From the IMG/VR virus record IMGVR_UViG_3300021197_001002: DNA of 36,877 nucleotides. One strand, given 5' to 3'. Under the pieces are notes generated by a model. The model saw only the letters and a program-made list of their open reading frames with translations, was not told where the DNA came from and made no database searches. The position numbers and the translations under genes are program-made. Below, piece by piece: positions 1 to 7,680 of the stretch. Every line of letters begins with the position of its first letter. The stretch's first letter is position 1. Source of the stretch: an uncultured virus (IMG/VR IMGVR_UViG_3300021197_001002). Lineage: Duplodnaviria > Heunggongvirae > Uroviricota > Caudoviricetes.

Positions 1-1010
1 TGCCATACATCGTTATGCTTCTCTCTTGTAATATTTGTTGAAGTGTATGATGAGATGTCATCAACGGTTTGGAAGATAACGCTATCAGTAGCACGTTTTA
101 GCGCACGTATAACCGATTCAGGAGTACGACGTACAGCCATGATTCCATGCTTCTTGAGGAAGGCACATACGTGGTCATTTACGCTATCACGTACAAAGAC
201 TATACCATGCTTATTATCGAATGCTTCCACGATACGCTTTGCATTTGAAATCAAATCAGCCTTACCTGCGGATTTGTATGATGAATATGATGAAGCATCA
301 ATCTGAACCTGTACATTCTCTTCATTCTTTTCAACATCGAGTCCTGTATTAATGAGCATGAAATGACGATAGGATTCCTTTTCATCCTCTACTTCAAGCA
401 CGAAGTCCTTGTTGACAATCACACCACCAAAGAGGTATGAGTCATCAAGTGAGCCACCCGGAAACGATACTACACGAACTGATTCAGCACTTCCTGCTTG
501 TTCAACAGCAGACACACATAGTTCTGATACCTTGTCGAGAGCGTTTTCAAGAGTCTTACCAGTAATCGCAGTACGTGCAATCTTAAGGTATTCTTCTCTT
601 CCTTCGGCTAACATAGCAACCTCATTACTTAGGTATGTAGTTGCCATGAGAGATGCCTCATGATACCCACGACAGATGACGTTGGGGTGTAGACCACGAG
701 CGAAGAGAGATTCTGTGTTACCGAGTAACGCACCTGCTAATACGACAGTACTTGTTGTACCATCGTAGCATAGGTTCTCTTGTGTCTTTGCTACTTCTGC
801 AATCATCTTACCACCGGGATGTGATACGTCTACTTCACGTAGAATGGTTGCGCCATCGTTTGTTACGATGACATTCCCATGCCCGTCTACGAGCATCTTA
901 TCCATACCCATTGGTCCTAACGTGGACTTCACGGTATCGGCAATTGTACGTGCCGCACGTATGTTCATCTGTTGTGCATTTGTTCTTCCTAAGTCCTGTT
1001 CTTTACTCAT
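1..1010 (-). CDS. ths: Group II chaperonin (thermosome subunit), 3' end beyond the window
   Basis: Absent from the ORF track because the stop is outside the window. Manual translation from ATG 1010 gives MSKEQDLGRTNAQQMNIRAARTIADTVKSTLGPMGMDKMLVDGHGNVIVTNDGATILREVDVSHPGGKMIAEVAKTQENLCYDGTTSTVVLAGALL, with the group II motifs TLGPxGMDKM, VTNDGATIL and DGTT. Confidence 0.97.
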   Translation of the reverse strand, partial: MSKEQDLGRTNAQQMNIRAARTIADTVKSTLGPMGMDKMLVDGHGNVIVTNDGATILREVDVSHPGGKMIAEVAKTQENLCYDGTTSTVVLAGALLGNTESLFARGLHPNVICRGYHEASLMATTYLSNEVAMLAEGREEYLKIARTAITGKTLENALDKVSELCVSAVEQAGSAESVRVVSFPGGSLDDSYLFGGVIVNKDFVLEVEDEKESYRHFMLINTGLDVEKNEENVQVQIDASSYSSYKSAGKADLISNAKRIVEAFDNKHGIVFVRDSVNDHVCAFLKKHGIMAVRRTPESVIRALKRATDSVIFQTVDDISSYTSTNITREKHNDVW

Positions 1011-1015
1011 GTTGT

Positions 1016-1618
1016 TCACCATTTTACTTCTATGTCTACTAATTCTCCCGTGTCTACTGCACGAGAACGAACGTAGCCTTCGCTCTTACCAAATTGGTAT
1101 AAGTCATATGTAAGTTGAGCATCGCTTAAGCAATACTTAGCCACCTCATCATATTTCCCTTGCCTCCATGCTTTAGGCGCATCCTCGCTGTTCATAAGTT
1201 TGTTGTCGCTTAAGGTATGTTTAACCAGTTCTTTGAGGCTGGTCATGACTTTCTGTTGTGTCATAGCCGCTTTATTGACGAGGTTCTTTGTATCAATGAC
1301 GCTTTCTGTTTTCAGCATATCACCTGCTGTCCAACAGTCCAATGCATCCCGTAATACAGGGAGGTCGAATGCTTTGATGTTATGACCGATAATGATACCG
1401 CCCTTCTTGACGTGTGCATCTAAGTCATCACCTAATGTACGAGGGTGTAGTGCCTTTACCGTAGCATCAACAGACAATGATTTGTTACAGTAGATGTTTC
1501 CATCCTCTCCGTTCCATGTAGCCACTACTGTAGGCTCGAAGGATGCGGTCTTATCCCATCCCCCTATTTCCCAAGAGTAGTTACCCGTTTCAATATCTAA
1601 TGCCATTATGTCACTCAT
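1016..1618 (-). CDS. RNase H-fold DEDD 3'-5' exonuclease-like protein
   Basis: ExoI-like ALDIETG, ExoII-like GHNIKAFDL and ExoIII-like YCLSD. Start trimmed to ATG 1618, which overlaps the upstream stop. Confidence 0.85.
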   Translation of the reverse strand: MSDIMALDIETGNYSWEIGGWDKTASFEPTVVATWNGEDGNIYCNKSLSVDATVKALHPRTLGDDLDAHVKKGGIIIGHNIKAFDLPVLRDALDCWTAGDMLKTESVIDTKNLVNKAAMTQQKVMTSLKELVKHTLSDNKLMNSEDAPKAWRQGKYDEVAKYCLSDAQLTYDLYQFGKSEGYVRSRAVDTGELVDIEVKW

Positions 1619-3014
1619 TCTTTTCACCTTTTCTTCTGTAGTACATTCTTCCTGAACTCTTCTTTCGATTGAATAATTTCGCCGAGTAATCCTTGAAGTG
1701 CCGTTGCGCTGTGCTCTTGCTTACACCTGTGTTAGACATATACATATTCCATATACTCATCTGTAATCTCCAACCATCACCCTCATCATCAATCTCGTAT
1801 GGGGCGCATGCCTTGTATGCTTTGAGCATGTCATCATGAATCTTACCTTCCTTAGCCTTACTTCCATTGATTTCAACGGAGTCCTCAAGCCAAGCAATGA
1901 GGTTTTGGAATAGGTCAATGAGAATCTCGTGAGCCATATCTACGTGTTCAGCAGTAATCATCCACTTCTCATCAAGGATAGCCATGTGAGTAGCGAAGAT
2001 ACCTAAGTAGTTCTCAACAGCAGGGGTGAACGAAGCAACGATTTCAGACATGCTTGCATCCATGTTGCGTAGCAGGTCGTATATCTCATCAGACGCTTGA
2101 TACAATGCTGTATCGAAGTCAGGCGCAGGGGTGAACATAGTCCACATCTTTTCCTGTACCAAATCCTCTCTTTCATCTTCGGATAGTTCATCCCATTGGG
2201 TGAATGTTATCTCACCCATATCGAGTAGACGGTCCCGCATTCTCTTCTCGCTTGTTCTAAAATAATCATACAGGTCATCCTTTGTGTAATCAATTGTTTT
2301 AGATTGTTTGAAGAACGTACCAAGTCTACGTGTACTCACTTCTTGTCTTGCATCCATGTCCCAATGCGCCCAGTAAAGCAGTACACGTTGGAAGATACCC
2401 TTTGTCAGTACGTAGTCCTTGACACCCTTCGGTGGGTACGTAGTAATCCATAGCGACACCATAGAAGGACACTCAACCTTGTTGCCCTTCATGTGCTTAA
2501 CGAGAGTGTTGTTCCCGCTTCCTACAGGGTTACATGCTGTTTGAAGATACAATACAGTCTCTTGACTGTGCTTGTTTGGAGTAAGAAGAATAGAACCTTC
2601 ATCGAAGTTGATACCCTTACGACCTGCGAGCAAACCCGGTACTGTCTCCACCTCATCCGTAGGCTTCCCATGCTCATCCAATATCTGCTGTGTAGAGCCT
2701 ATCAGTCCTGCGTCTGTACCTGATGCAAACAACTCGATTGGAATACCAACATTTTCCATAATGTCTCCAACGAAGTTCCATGCAATGGATTTACCAGTCC
2801 TTGACGGCTGAATCCAAAAGACGTGAACACGAGGGTCGAGGTGGGTATCACCAGTCGGAATACGAACATATGGTAATGCAAGTTGTCCTTGAATGTAAAA
2901 GAATGACAGTAGACCCGGTATCTCATTCTTCATTGATGTTCTTGAGAAGTGCGTAAGATACGCATCCAAAATTGGAAACTTCTGTACTGCTCTATATTCC
3001 TTTACTAATGTCAT
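1611..3014 (-). CDS. P-loop AAA+ ATPase, putative MCM/DUF3987-like replicative helicase with C-terminal winged helix
   Basis: Walker A QPSRTGKS, Walker B INFDEG, arginine-finger-like GIFQR and HTH-like C-terminal GVSKSTAQRHF. Lies in the replication module. Confidence 0.6.
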   Translation of the reverse strand: MTLVKEYRAVQKFPILDAYLTHFSRTSMKNEIPGLLSFFYIQGQLALPYVRIPTGDTHLDPRVHVFWIQPSRTGKSIAWNFVGDIMENVGIPIELFASGTDAGLIGSTQQILDEHGKPTDEVETVPGLLAGRKGINFDEGSILLTPNKHSQETVLYLQTACNPVGSGNNTLVKHMKGNKVECPSMVSLWITTYPPKGVKDYVLTKGIFQRVLLYWAHWDMDARQEVSTRRLGTFFKQSKTIDYTKDDLYDYFRTSEKRMRDRLLDMGEITFTQWDELSEDEREDLVQEKMWTMFTPAPDFDTALYQASDEIYDLLRNMDASMSEIVASFTPAVENYLGIFATHMAILDEKWMITAEHVDMAHEILIDLFQNLIAWLEDSVEINGSKAKEGKIHDDMLKAYKACAPYEIDDEGDGWRLQMSIWNMYMSNTGVSKSTAQRHFKDYSAKLFNRKKSSGRMYYRRKGEKNE

Positions 3015-3026
3015 AATTCCACAACC

Positions 3027-3049
3027 TTATTCTCTTTGCCGATTTATAA
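3027..3049 (-). promoter_or_regulatory. Conserved viral promoter element TTATAAATCGGCAAAGAGAATAA (copy 1)
   Basis: Exact 23-mer containing an archaeal TATA box, 12 nt upstream of ATG 3014. Confidence 0.85.
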
Positions 3050-3051
3050 GG

Positions 3052-3750
3052 CTAAACCTTTTTTCTCCTTGCTTGGCGTACCTCTTCTTCACTTGTTAAT
3101 ACTTTAACGAGTAAACTACGTCGGGTGTCGCCCAACCCTTTTACCTTCTTTAGTGATTCAGGGAATACCATTTCTTCGATACTGCCGCATTGTTCTAACA
3201 AGCGTTCAGCAATCTCCCTCCCAATGGAGGGTACAGCCAACAGCATATCCAAACGGATGTCATTAGACGAGACACGGCGTAGTGCGTGTGCGCCATGCTT
3301 GCTCGCTGGCTTGTGGAGTTTGTCATGTAGTTTCACTACAAACATTGCCGCCTCACTTAGATTAGGCGTGTAGAATACTTGGCACTCAAAGTCAGACATA
3401 ACTCTCGCTATCGTACCCATGAGTTCATTTTGTATTCGTGAATATGTAACCTTCTTACCATTCTTCTTTGCCATCGCAACGTACTTGTCAATGGACCCGT
3501 GAACGACTAAGAAGAATCGCTCGTAGTTGGCATCCATGTTATCGAGTTGTCGCCATAGATGACCGTTGTGTGATGATTGGAATAGGTCGCCAATACTCTT
3601 CGCTTCTACAAGCGCACCACCGAGTAAGTAGTCTCCAACAAGTAATGGCTTACGGACTATGTTCAGTCCCGCCTTCGTTGCTCGTCGCTCTATGGACTCG
3701 CATAGGCTTCCTCTCTCGTTGCTATCAATTATCAAATCAGGCTTAGGCAT
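3052..3750 (-). CDS. ERCC4/XPF-family structure-specific endonuclease with HhH2 domain
   Basis: IIDSNE, VGDY, VEAKSIGDL (ERKxxxD-like) and C-terminal HhH hairpins VPSIGREIA and VKGLG. Confidence 0.92.
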   Translation of the reverse strand: MPKPDLIIDSNERGSLCESIERRATKAGLNIVRKPLLVGDYLLGGALVEAKSIGDLFQSSHNGHLWRQLDNMDANYERFFLVVHGSIDKYVAMAKKNGKKVTYSRIQNELMGTIARVMSDFECQVFYTPNLSEAAMFVVKLHDKLHKPASKHGAHALRRVSSNDIRLDMLLAVPSIGREIAERLLEQCGSIEEMVFPESLKKVKGLGDTRRSLLVKVLTSEEEVRQARRKKV

Positions 3751-3992
3751 TACTCTTCCTCCTCTATTGGTATGTTATGTTTAATGTGATTCACACAGTA
3801 GACACTCCGTTGTGTGCGTAACTGTTTACATCTTCTCTTTCCACCACTCGTAAGTGATTTGCATTGATACTTCTTTCTCACTTCTTCTTTTTGTTTACAG
3901 ACGTAGCATATACGTAGATAACCATCAAAGTATCTATCGGGCTTTACTGTCCCTCTATACTGCCCACAAACGGTACACGGTACAGATGGCAT
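3750..3992 (-). CDS. Small Zn-finger protein
   Basis: CTVC/CYVC pair plus a C-x9-C-x8-C-x2-H cluster; translationally coupled on both sides. Confidence 0.75.
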   Translation of the reverse strand: MPSVPCTVCGQYRGTVKPDRYFDGYLRICYVCKQKEEVRKKYQCKSLTSGGKRRCKQLRTQRSVYCVNHIKHNIPIEEEE

Positions 3993-5080
3993 TACATTAC
4001 CCCCGTTCCGTCATGATAATTACACTTTCCAACACATAGACCTTCTTGGTAAAGTGTGGTACAGGAAGCATGAGTATGCCCCGCTTTGACAATATGAGTA
4101 ACTCGCATAGCGGTATAATCACGGTCAAAGTCCACCCAGTTCTGTTGAGAACATATGTCAACAATGGATGGAACATGAGTCAATCGTTCTTCTTCTGTTA
4201 CCTTCCAAGCAGGGAAGAACATTCTGAATCTATCGGCAAGGAATGACACGAAGTGATACCTTGCTCTATCAGTAGGGTTACCACCGTTCATTGCCGCTTG
4301 CGCTAAACATGGTAAGATGTGTATGTCATCATACGCTACAGTAGGTAAATCGACAGGCTTGATGTCTGTCATTGTCATCAATGGACTTTGTATAATTTCA
4401 AAGTCAAGTCGTTCTCCACCCATACTAATGTAACCAGTATGTGGAACCATCGCCTTATCCATCAGACCATCATACGTTAGTGTAGTGAGTTCTTCACTCG
4501 TTAATGGTATAGTCCAGCAATCTCTCTTTGCATTGAACGAGTTGGGTATACGTATCATACCACTTGTATCGAACGCTACTGTAGGGTCGTTACAGCGGAA
4601 AGGACTCAAGACCTTCTCCCACTTGTTGATGAGTACTCTCCCTGAATACTTTACTCGTGAAAGTTCAGAACCATCGGCGGGTTCAATAGTTTCTGAAAGA
4701 GGAACCCATACGTGAAATCCTCCACCAGTAAACCATACGAAGTGTTCAATATTGTTATTGGATAGGTGTCGGTGTAGACCGATTACTTCGGAGTGTGGTA
4801 TCTCAAAGGGTACATCAACACCACGATTCTTGAAATCCTTACAGTCGAAGTCCATTACAAAGTGGTGGATTCGTGGAGTGTTGTAATCAACACGATGGTG
4901 CTTAGGGGCTTGTGTTTCATTGTAACCATAAGCCGTGAAGTATACGTTACCACTTCCGTTCTTACCACGCCAATACTGTTGTAGTTCATCGCTATCCTTT
5001 ACAATTCGTCGCCACCCACGTTCACCATTAGCAGGTAACTCCAAGACCTCTCTTGGAAAGTCAATAGGTACGAACGGCAT
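3992..5080 (-). CDS. Archaeo-eukaryotic primase: catalytic domain fused to a PriL-like Cys-rich C-terminal domain
   Basis: Motif I MDFD, motif II FTGGGFHVW, motif III region DTSGMIRIPNS; C-terminal LPCL...SC...CVGKC. Confidence 0.9.
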   Translation of the reverse strand: MPFVPIDFPREVLELPANGERGWRRIVKDSDELQQYWRGKNGSGNVYFTAYGYNETQAPKHHRVDYNTPRIHHFVMDFDCKDFKNRGVDVPFEIPHSEVIGLHRHLSNNNIEHFVWFTGGGFHVWVPLSETIEPADGSELSRVKYSGRVLINKWEKVLSPFRCNDPTVAFDTSGMIRIPNSFNAKRDCWTIPLTSEELTTLTYDGLMDKAMVPHTGYISMGGERLDFEIIQSPLMTMTDIKPVDLPTVAYDDIHILPCLAQAAMNGGNPTDRARYHFVSFLADRFRMFFPAWKVTEEERLTHVPSIVDICSQQNWVDFDRDYTAMRVTHIVKAGHTHASCTTLYQEGLCVGKCNYHDGTGVM

Positions 5081-5084
5081 GTAA

Positions 5085-5387
5085 TCACCGGAATGCTCGT
5101 AGGAAGTCGTCTAAGTTTTGTTTCAATTTTTCCATTGTTTCTACAATCTCATTATCCATCAGATAACGTGCGTGTATAGTATAGAGAATATCGAGAGGAC
5201 CAACCGTATCAGGGAAGTCTGTCTCTTCATCTAACCATGAATCAATCGTGGTTTGTCTGTATGATGTACGAATGAAAGGAACCCTGTTAGGTAAGTTACC
5301 ATTCTCTTTGACTATGATTCTTATCGAATAGTCATCATCTAAAAATTCCTCTAAGAAACGTTGTATTGCTAATCCTTGTGCTTTCAT
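5085..5387 (-). CDS. Hypothetical protein
   Basis: 100-aa ORF with a GGAGG RBS, tightly packed in the operon. Confidence 0.75.
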   Translation of the reverse strand: MKAQGLAIQRFLEEFLDDDYSIRIIVKENGNLPNRVPFIRTSYRQTTIDSWLDEETDFPDTVGPLDILYTIHARYLMDNEIVETMEKLKQNLDDFLRAFR

Positions 5388-6403
5388 TATATCTCCTCCT
5401 TTATGTTGTCTAAGTAGTCATCGGTGAGCGACCAAAATTCACAGTCGCTTTTGTAATCACACCAATTGCATTTTAGTTTCTGTTCCTCCATTGGAACTCC
5501 TTCTTTCAATCTTCCTAAGAATGGGTCAGGTGGAAACTCCATGTTCAGATGAGCCTTTACTAACTTGACGAGATTGTTTTCTACGCTACGCATAGCCAAC
5601 TTCCCCTTCTTATCAGTAGCAGACTCATAGTGCAACTTCGCACCAGTCCCGCCTTCTATGCCCCCACCCGGAAACTCCCATCCCCAATGGGTGATAGGGA
5701 GTAGTTCATGGTGTGGACTGTTTTCCAACATCATCTTGTAGAATGCCATCTCCTTACGCATGCTTCCCGGCTTGTTACTGTTGTACTTACCAGTCTTTAA
5801 TTCCATCAAGGCAAAGCCGTTCTCTTCGCTTTTGAAGAGTGTATCAATGAATCCTGATAGATGAACAGGAATAGGCTCATCATCAACGATGACATACCTA
5901 TTGCCATGAATGTTTGACTCTACGCCTACAGGTCGCCAGTCCTTACCCTTAGTAGCGAGTAACCGTCTGAACTGCCAATCAAGCCATTGTTGAATCTGTT
6001 CCTCCTCACCGAACTCATACGGTTCAGGAGGGGTGGGCGCAGATGATAGGAAGAGTTCTCTCGCAGTATCTATATCTTCTGTACGTAGTATCTCACTCTC
6101 CTGTTGGCTTGTGAAGTTACCCCAAAACCATTCCATGAGGTCGTGGACATTCAATCCACGAGTGTGATAATAACGGCTCTCGCCTCGTAGTCCCTTGAAC
6201 TTCTCAAGATAGTATTGTTGTCGACACCAGCCGAATGTACCCATGCTTGACTTTGTAACACGGAGAATCTTGTCTTGGTCCTCCTTTGGATTCCATGCGT
6301 ATGTACTACGCTTGTACCAGTCCACTTCTTCTGTGTGTCCTGTCTCCTCCCCATACTCGTCTATCAATTGGCGACTATCATCACCAGTAGGATTCCATCT
6401 CAA
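5387..6403 (-). CDS. PD-(D/E)XK nuclease, Cas4/RecB-like with Fe-S cysteines
   Basis: N-terminal WCRQQY, GFID...MELKTG catalytic motif, C-terminal CNWCDYKSDC. Start placed at TTG 6403 (TTGA overlap with the upstream stop) and uncertain. Confidence 0.85.
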   Translation of the reverse strand: MRWNPTGDDSRQLIDEYGEETGHTEEVDWYKRSTYAWNPKEDQDKILRVTKSSMGTFGWCRQQYYLEKFKGLRGESRYYHTRGLNVHDLMEWFWGNFTSQQESEILRTEDIDTARELFLSSAPTPPEPYEFGEEEQIQQWLDWQFRRLLATKGKDWRPVGVESNIHGNRYVIVDDEPIPVHLSGFIDTLFKSEENGFALMELKTGKYNSNKPGSMRKEMAFYKMMLENSPHHELLPITHWGWEFPGGGIEGGTGAKLHYESATDKKGKLAMRSVENNLVKLVKAHLNMEFPPDPFLGRLKEGVPMEEQKLKCNWCDYKSDCEFWSLTDDYLDNIKEEI

Positions 6404-6588
6404 TCTTTCATCTCCATCTCGATAAGTTTCTGTAGGTATACGGCTAAGTCCATTGCTTCTTCTTGTGCGTGTATGAGCCACTTAAGACGAGATAGTTTCT
6501 CATCCTCCATACTCACCCCGTACTTCGCAAGGCCGACCTGTGCTCGTTGTTGTATCTTCTCGCATACTTCATCTTCTATTCTACTCAT
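6400..6588 (-). CDS. Small all-alpha NTP-pyrophosphatase-like (MazG/dimeric dUTPase fold) viral protein
   Basis: GLAKYG...WLIHAQEEAMDLAVYL contains the EExxD motif; start trimmed to ATG 6588. Confidence 0.6.
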   Translation of the reverse strand: MSRIEDEVCEKIQQRAQVGLAKYGVSMEDEKLSRLKWLIHAQEEAMDLAVYLQKLIEMEMKD

Positions 6589-6592
6589 CTCA

Positions 6593-7015
6593 TCATCTCC
6601 ATATGTGTTGTAGTTTGTTCTTTGGGTCAAGTACCTTCATGGATTTAACTGTCTTATCTTGTAAAGTAATTATCCGTGAATTAATTGTAGCCATCCTTGA
6701 GTCAACCATCATCTTAACATCGACTTCCAAATCACCATCTCTACGTCGCTCGATTTCATCTATCTTTGTCGATACTTCGGCTTGTACGATAGTACCTATG
6801 TATGATATTTTACTCTCTAAAGTAGCCAAGCGGTCCTCGATTGCTTGCATACCATTCTGAATATTGGTGAACACCTTTGTCATCTGAACAGTAAACGTCC
6901 TCTTATCCCTACAGTCAAAACACAATTTGTTCGGGTCTGTATTCGTGGAAGGAGTGAATACCCCTGAGCATACTATGCACTTCTTTTCAAGCGTCATCGT
7001 ATTCACCATCCTCAA
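6593..7015 (-). CDS. Hypothetical protein, Zn ribbon plus coiled coil
   Basis: CIVC...CFDC followed by a heptad-like helix; start uncertain. Confidence 0.65.
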   Translation of the reverse strand: MRMVNTMTLEKKCIVCSGVFTPSTNTDPNKLCFDCRDKRTFTVQMTKVFTNIQNGMQAIEDRLATLESKISYIGTIVQAEVSTKIDEIERRRDGDLEVDVKMMVDSRMATINSRIITLQDKTVKSMKVLDPKNKLQHIWR

Positions 7016-7223
7016 TTAGTGATGCAATACTCATTGTCTCCATTGCTGTACAAATTTGTACAAGCACCTTCGTGAGAGTGAGCCTCATTTGCATTCTGTT
7101 GTTATCTTCTTTCATTGCATCCACAATACCCTTCACCGCTACATCTAATGTATCGAGTGTGTGTAAAGCGGATTCTCTTAATCGTTCTATTTTGACTAAT
7201 ACGTTCTTCATTTCATCCATCAT
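6987..7223 (-). CDS. Hypothetical helical protein
   Basis: 78-aa ORF overlapping its neighbours in the operon. Confidence 0.6.
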   Translation of the reverse strand: MMDEMKNVLVKIERLRESALHTLDTLDVAVKGIVDAMKEDNNRMQMRLTLTKVLVQICTAMETMSIASLIEDGEYDDA

Positions 7224-7453
7224 ATATTCCCCCTGTATTTTCTTCGCTTGTTATTGAACCCAATGCTCTCGGTAACCTCTCGGTTCTCCTTCTCGAAATC
7301 ATATAATCGTTTCTGATTCGTAGGTGTCATATCGAAAAACTCATTTAGTTTCGTTTGTCGCATGACCTTTCCACCGCAGTTACAGCAATACTTTACTGAT
7401 GAATTTACCGTCTGCGCTTCTTGTACCTTTTTCCAAAATTTCCATTTACTCAT
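7220..7453 (-). CDS. Hypothetical protein
   Basis: Operon-packed ORF with CCNC; ATG 7453 is preferred to GTG 7462. Confidence 0.6.
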   Translation of the reverse strand: MSKWKFWKKVQEAQTVNSSVKYCCNCGGKVMRQTKLNEFFDMTPTNQKRLYDFEKENREVTESIGFNNKRRKYRGNI

Positions 7454-7458
7454 TTTAA

Positions 7459-7680
7459 TCACTCATTGTTTTTTCTAAAGTCTGATTGGGCGCATATCCA
7501 AGTGAAACAATTTTCACACAGATAATGCGTTATGTCGCCAGCCTTAAGTTCAAAGAAATCATTCAAACCCTTCGTAGGGCAAAGAGAACATTGCATGGGA
7601 ATATCTGTAGTCTTATGTATAAACTTTTTATTTTTCGCCGCATCTGTATGTGTCCAATCCTTTTTCATTTTCATTACCAT
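7459..7680 (-). CDS. Small Zn-finger protein
   Basis: CSLC...CENC; directly downstream of polB; start probably 7674 or 7668. Confidence 0.65.
   Translation of the reverse strand: MVMKMKKDWTHTDAAKNKKFIHKTTDIPMQCSLCPTKGLNDFFELKAGDITHYLCENCFTWICAQSDFRKNNE

Noticed and set aside
5387..6403. Cas4-like gene as evidence of a CRISPR-Cas system
   Set aside because: Stand-alone Cas4/RecB-like nucleases are common in viral replication modules; no cas1/cas2 or array is present.
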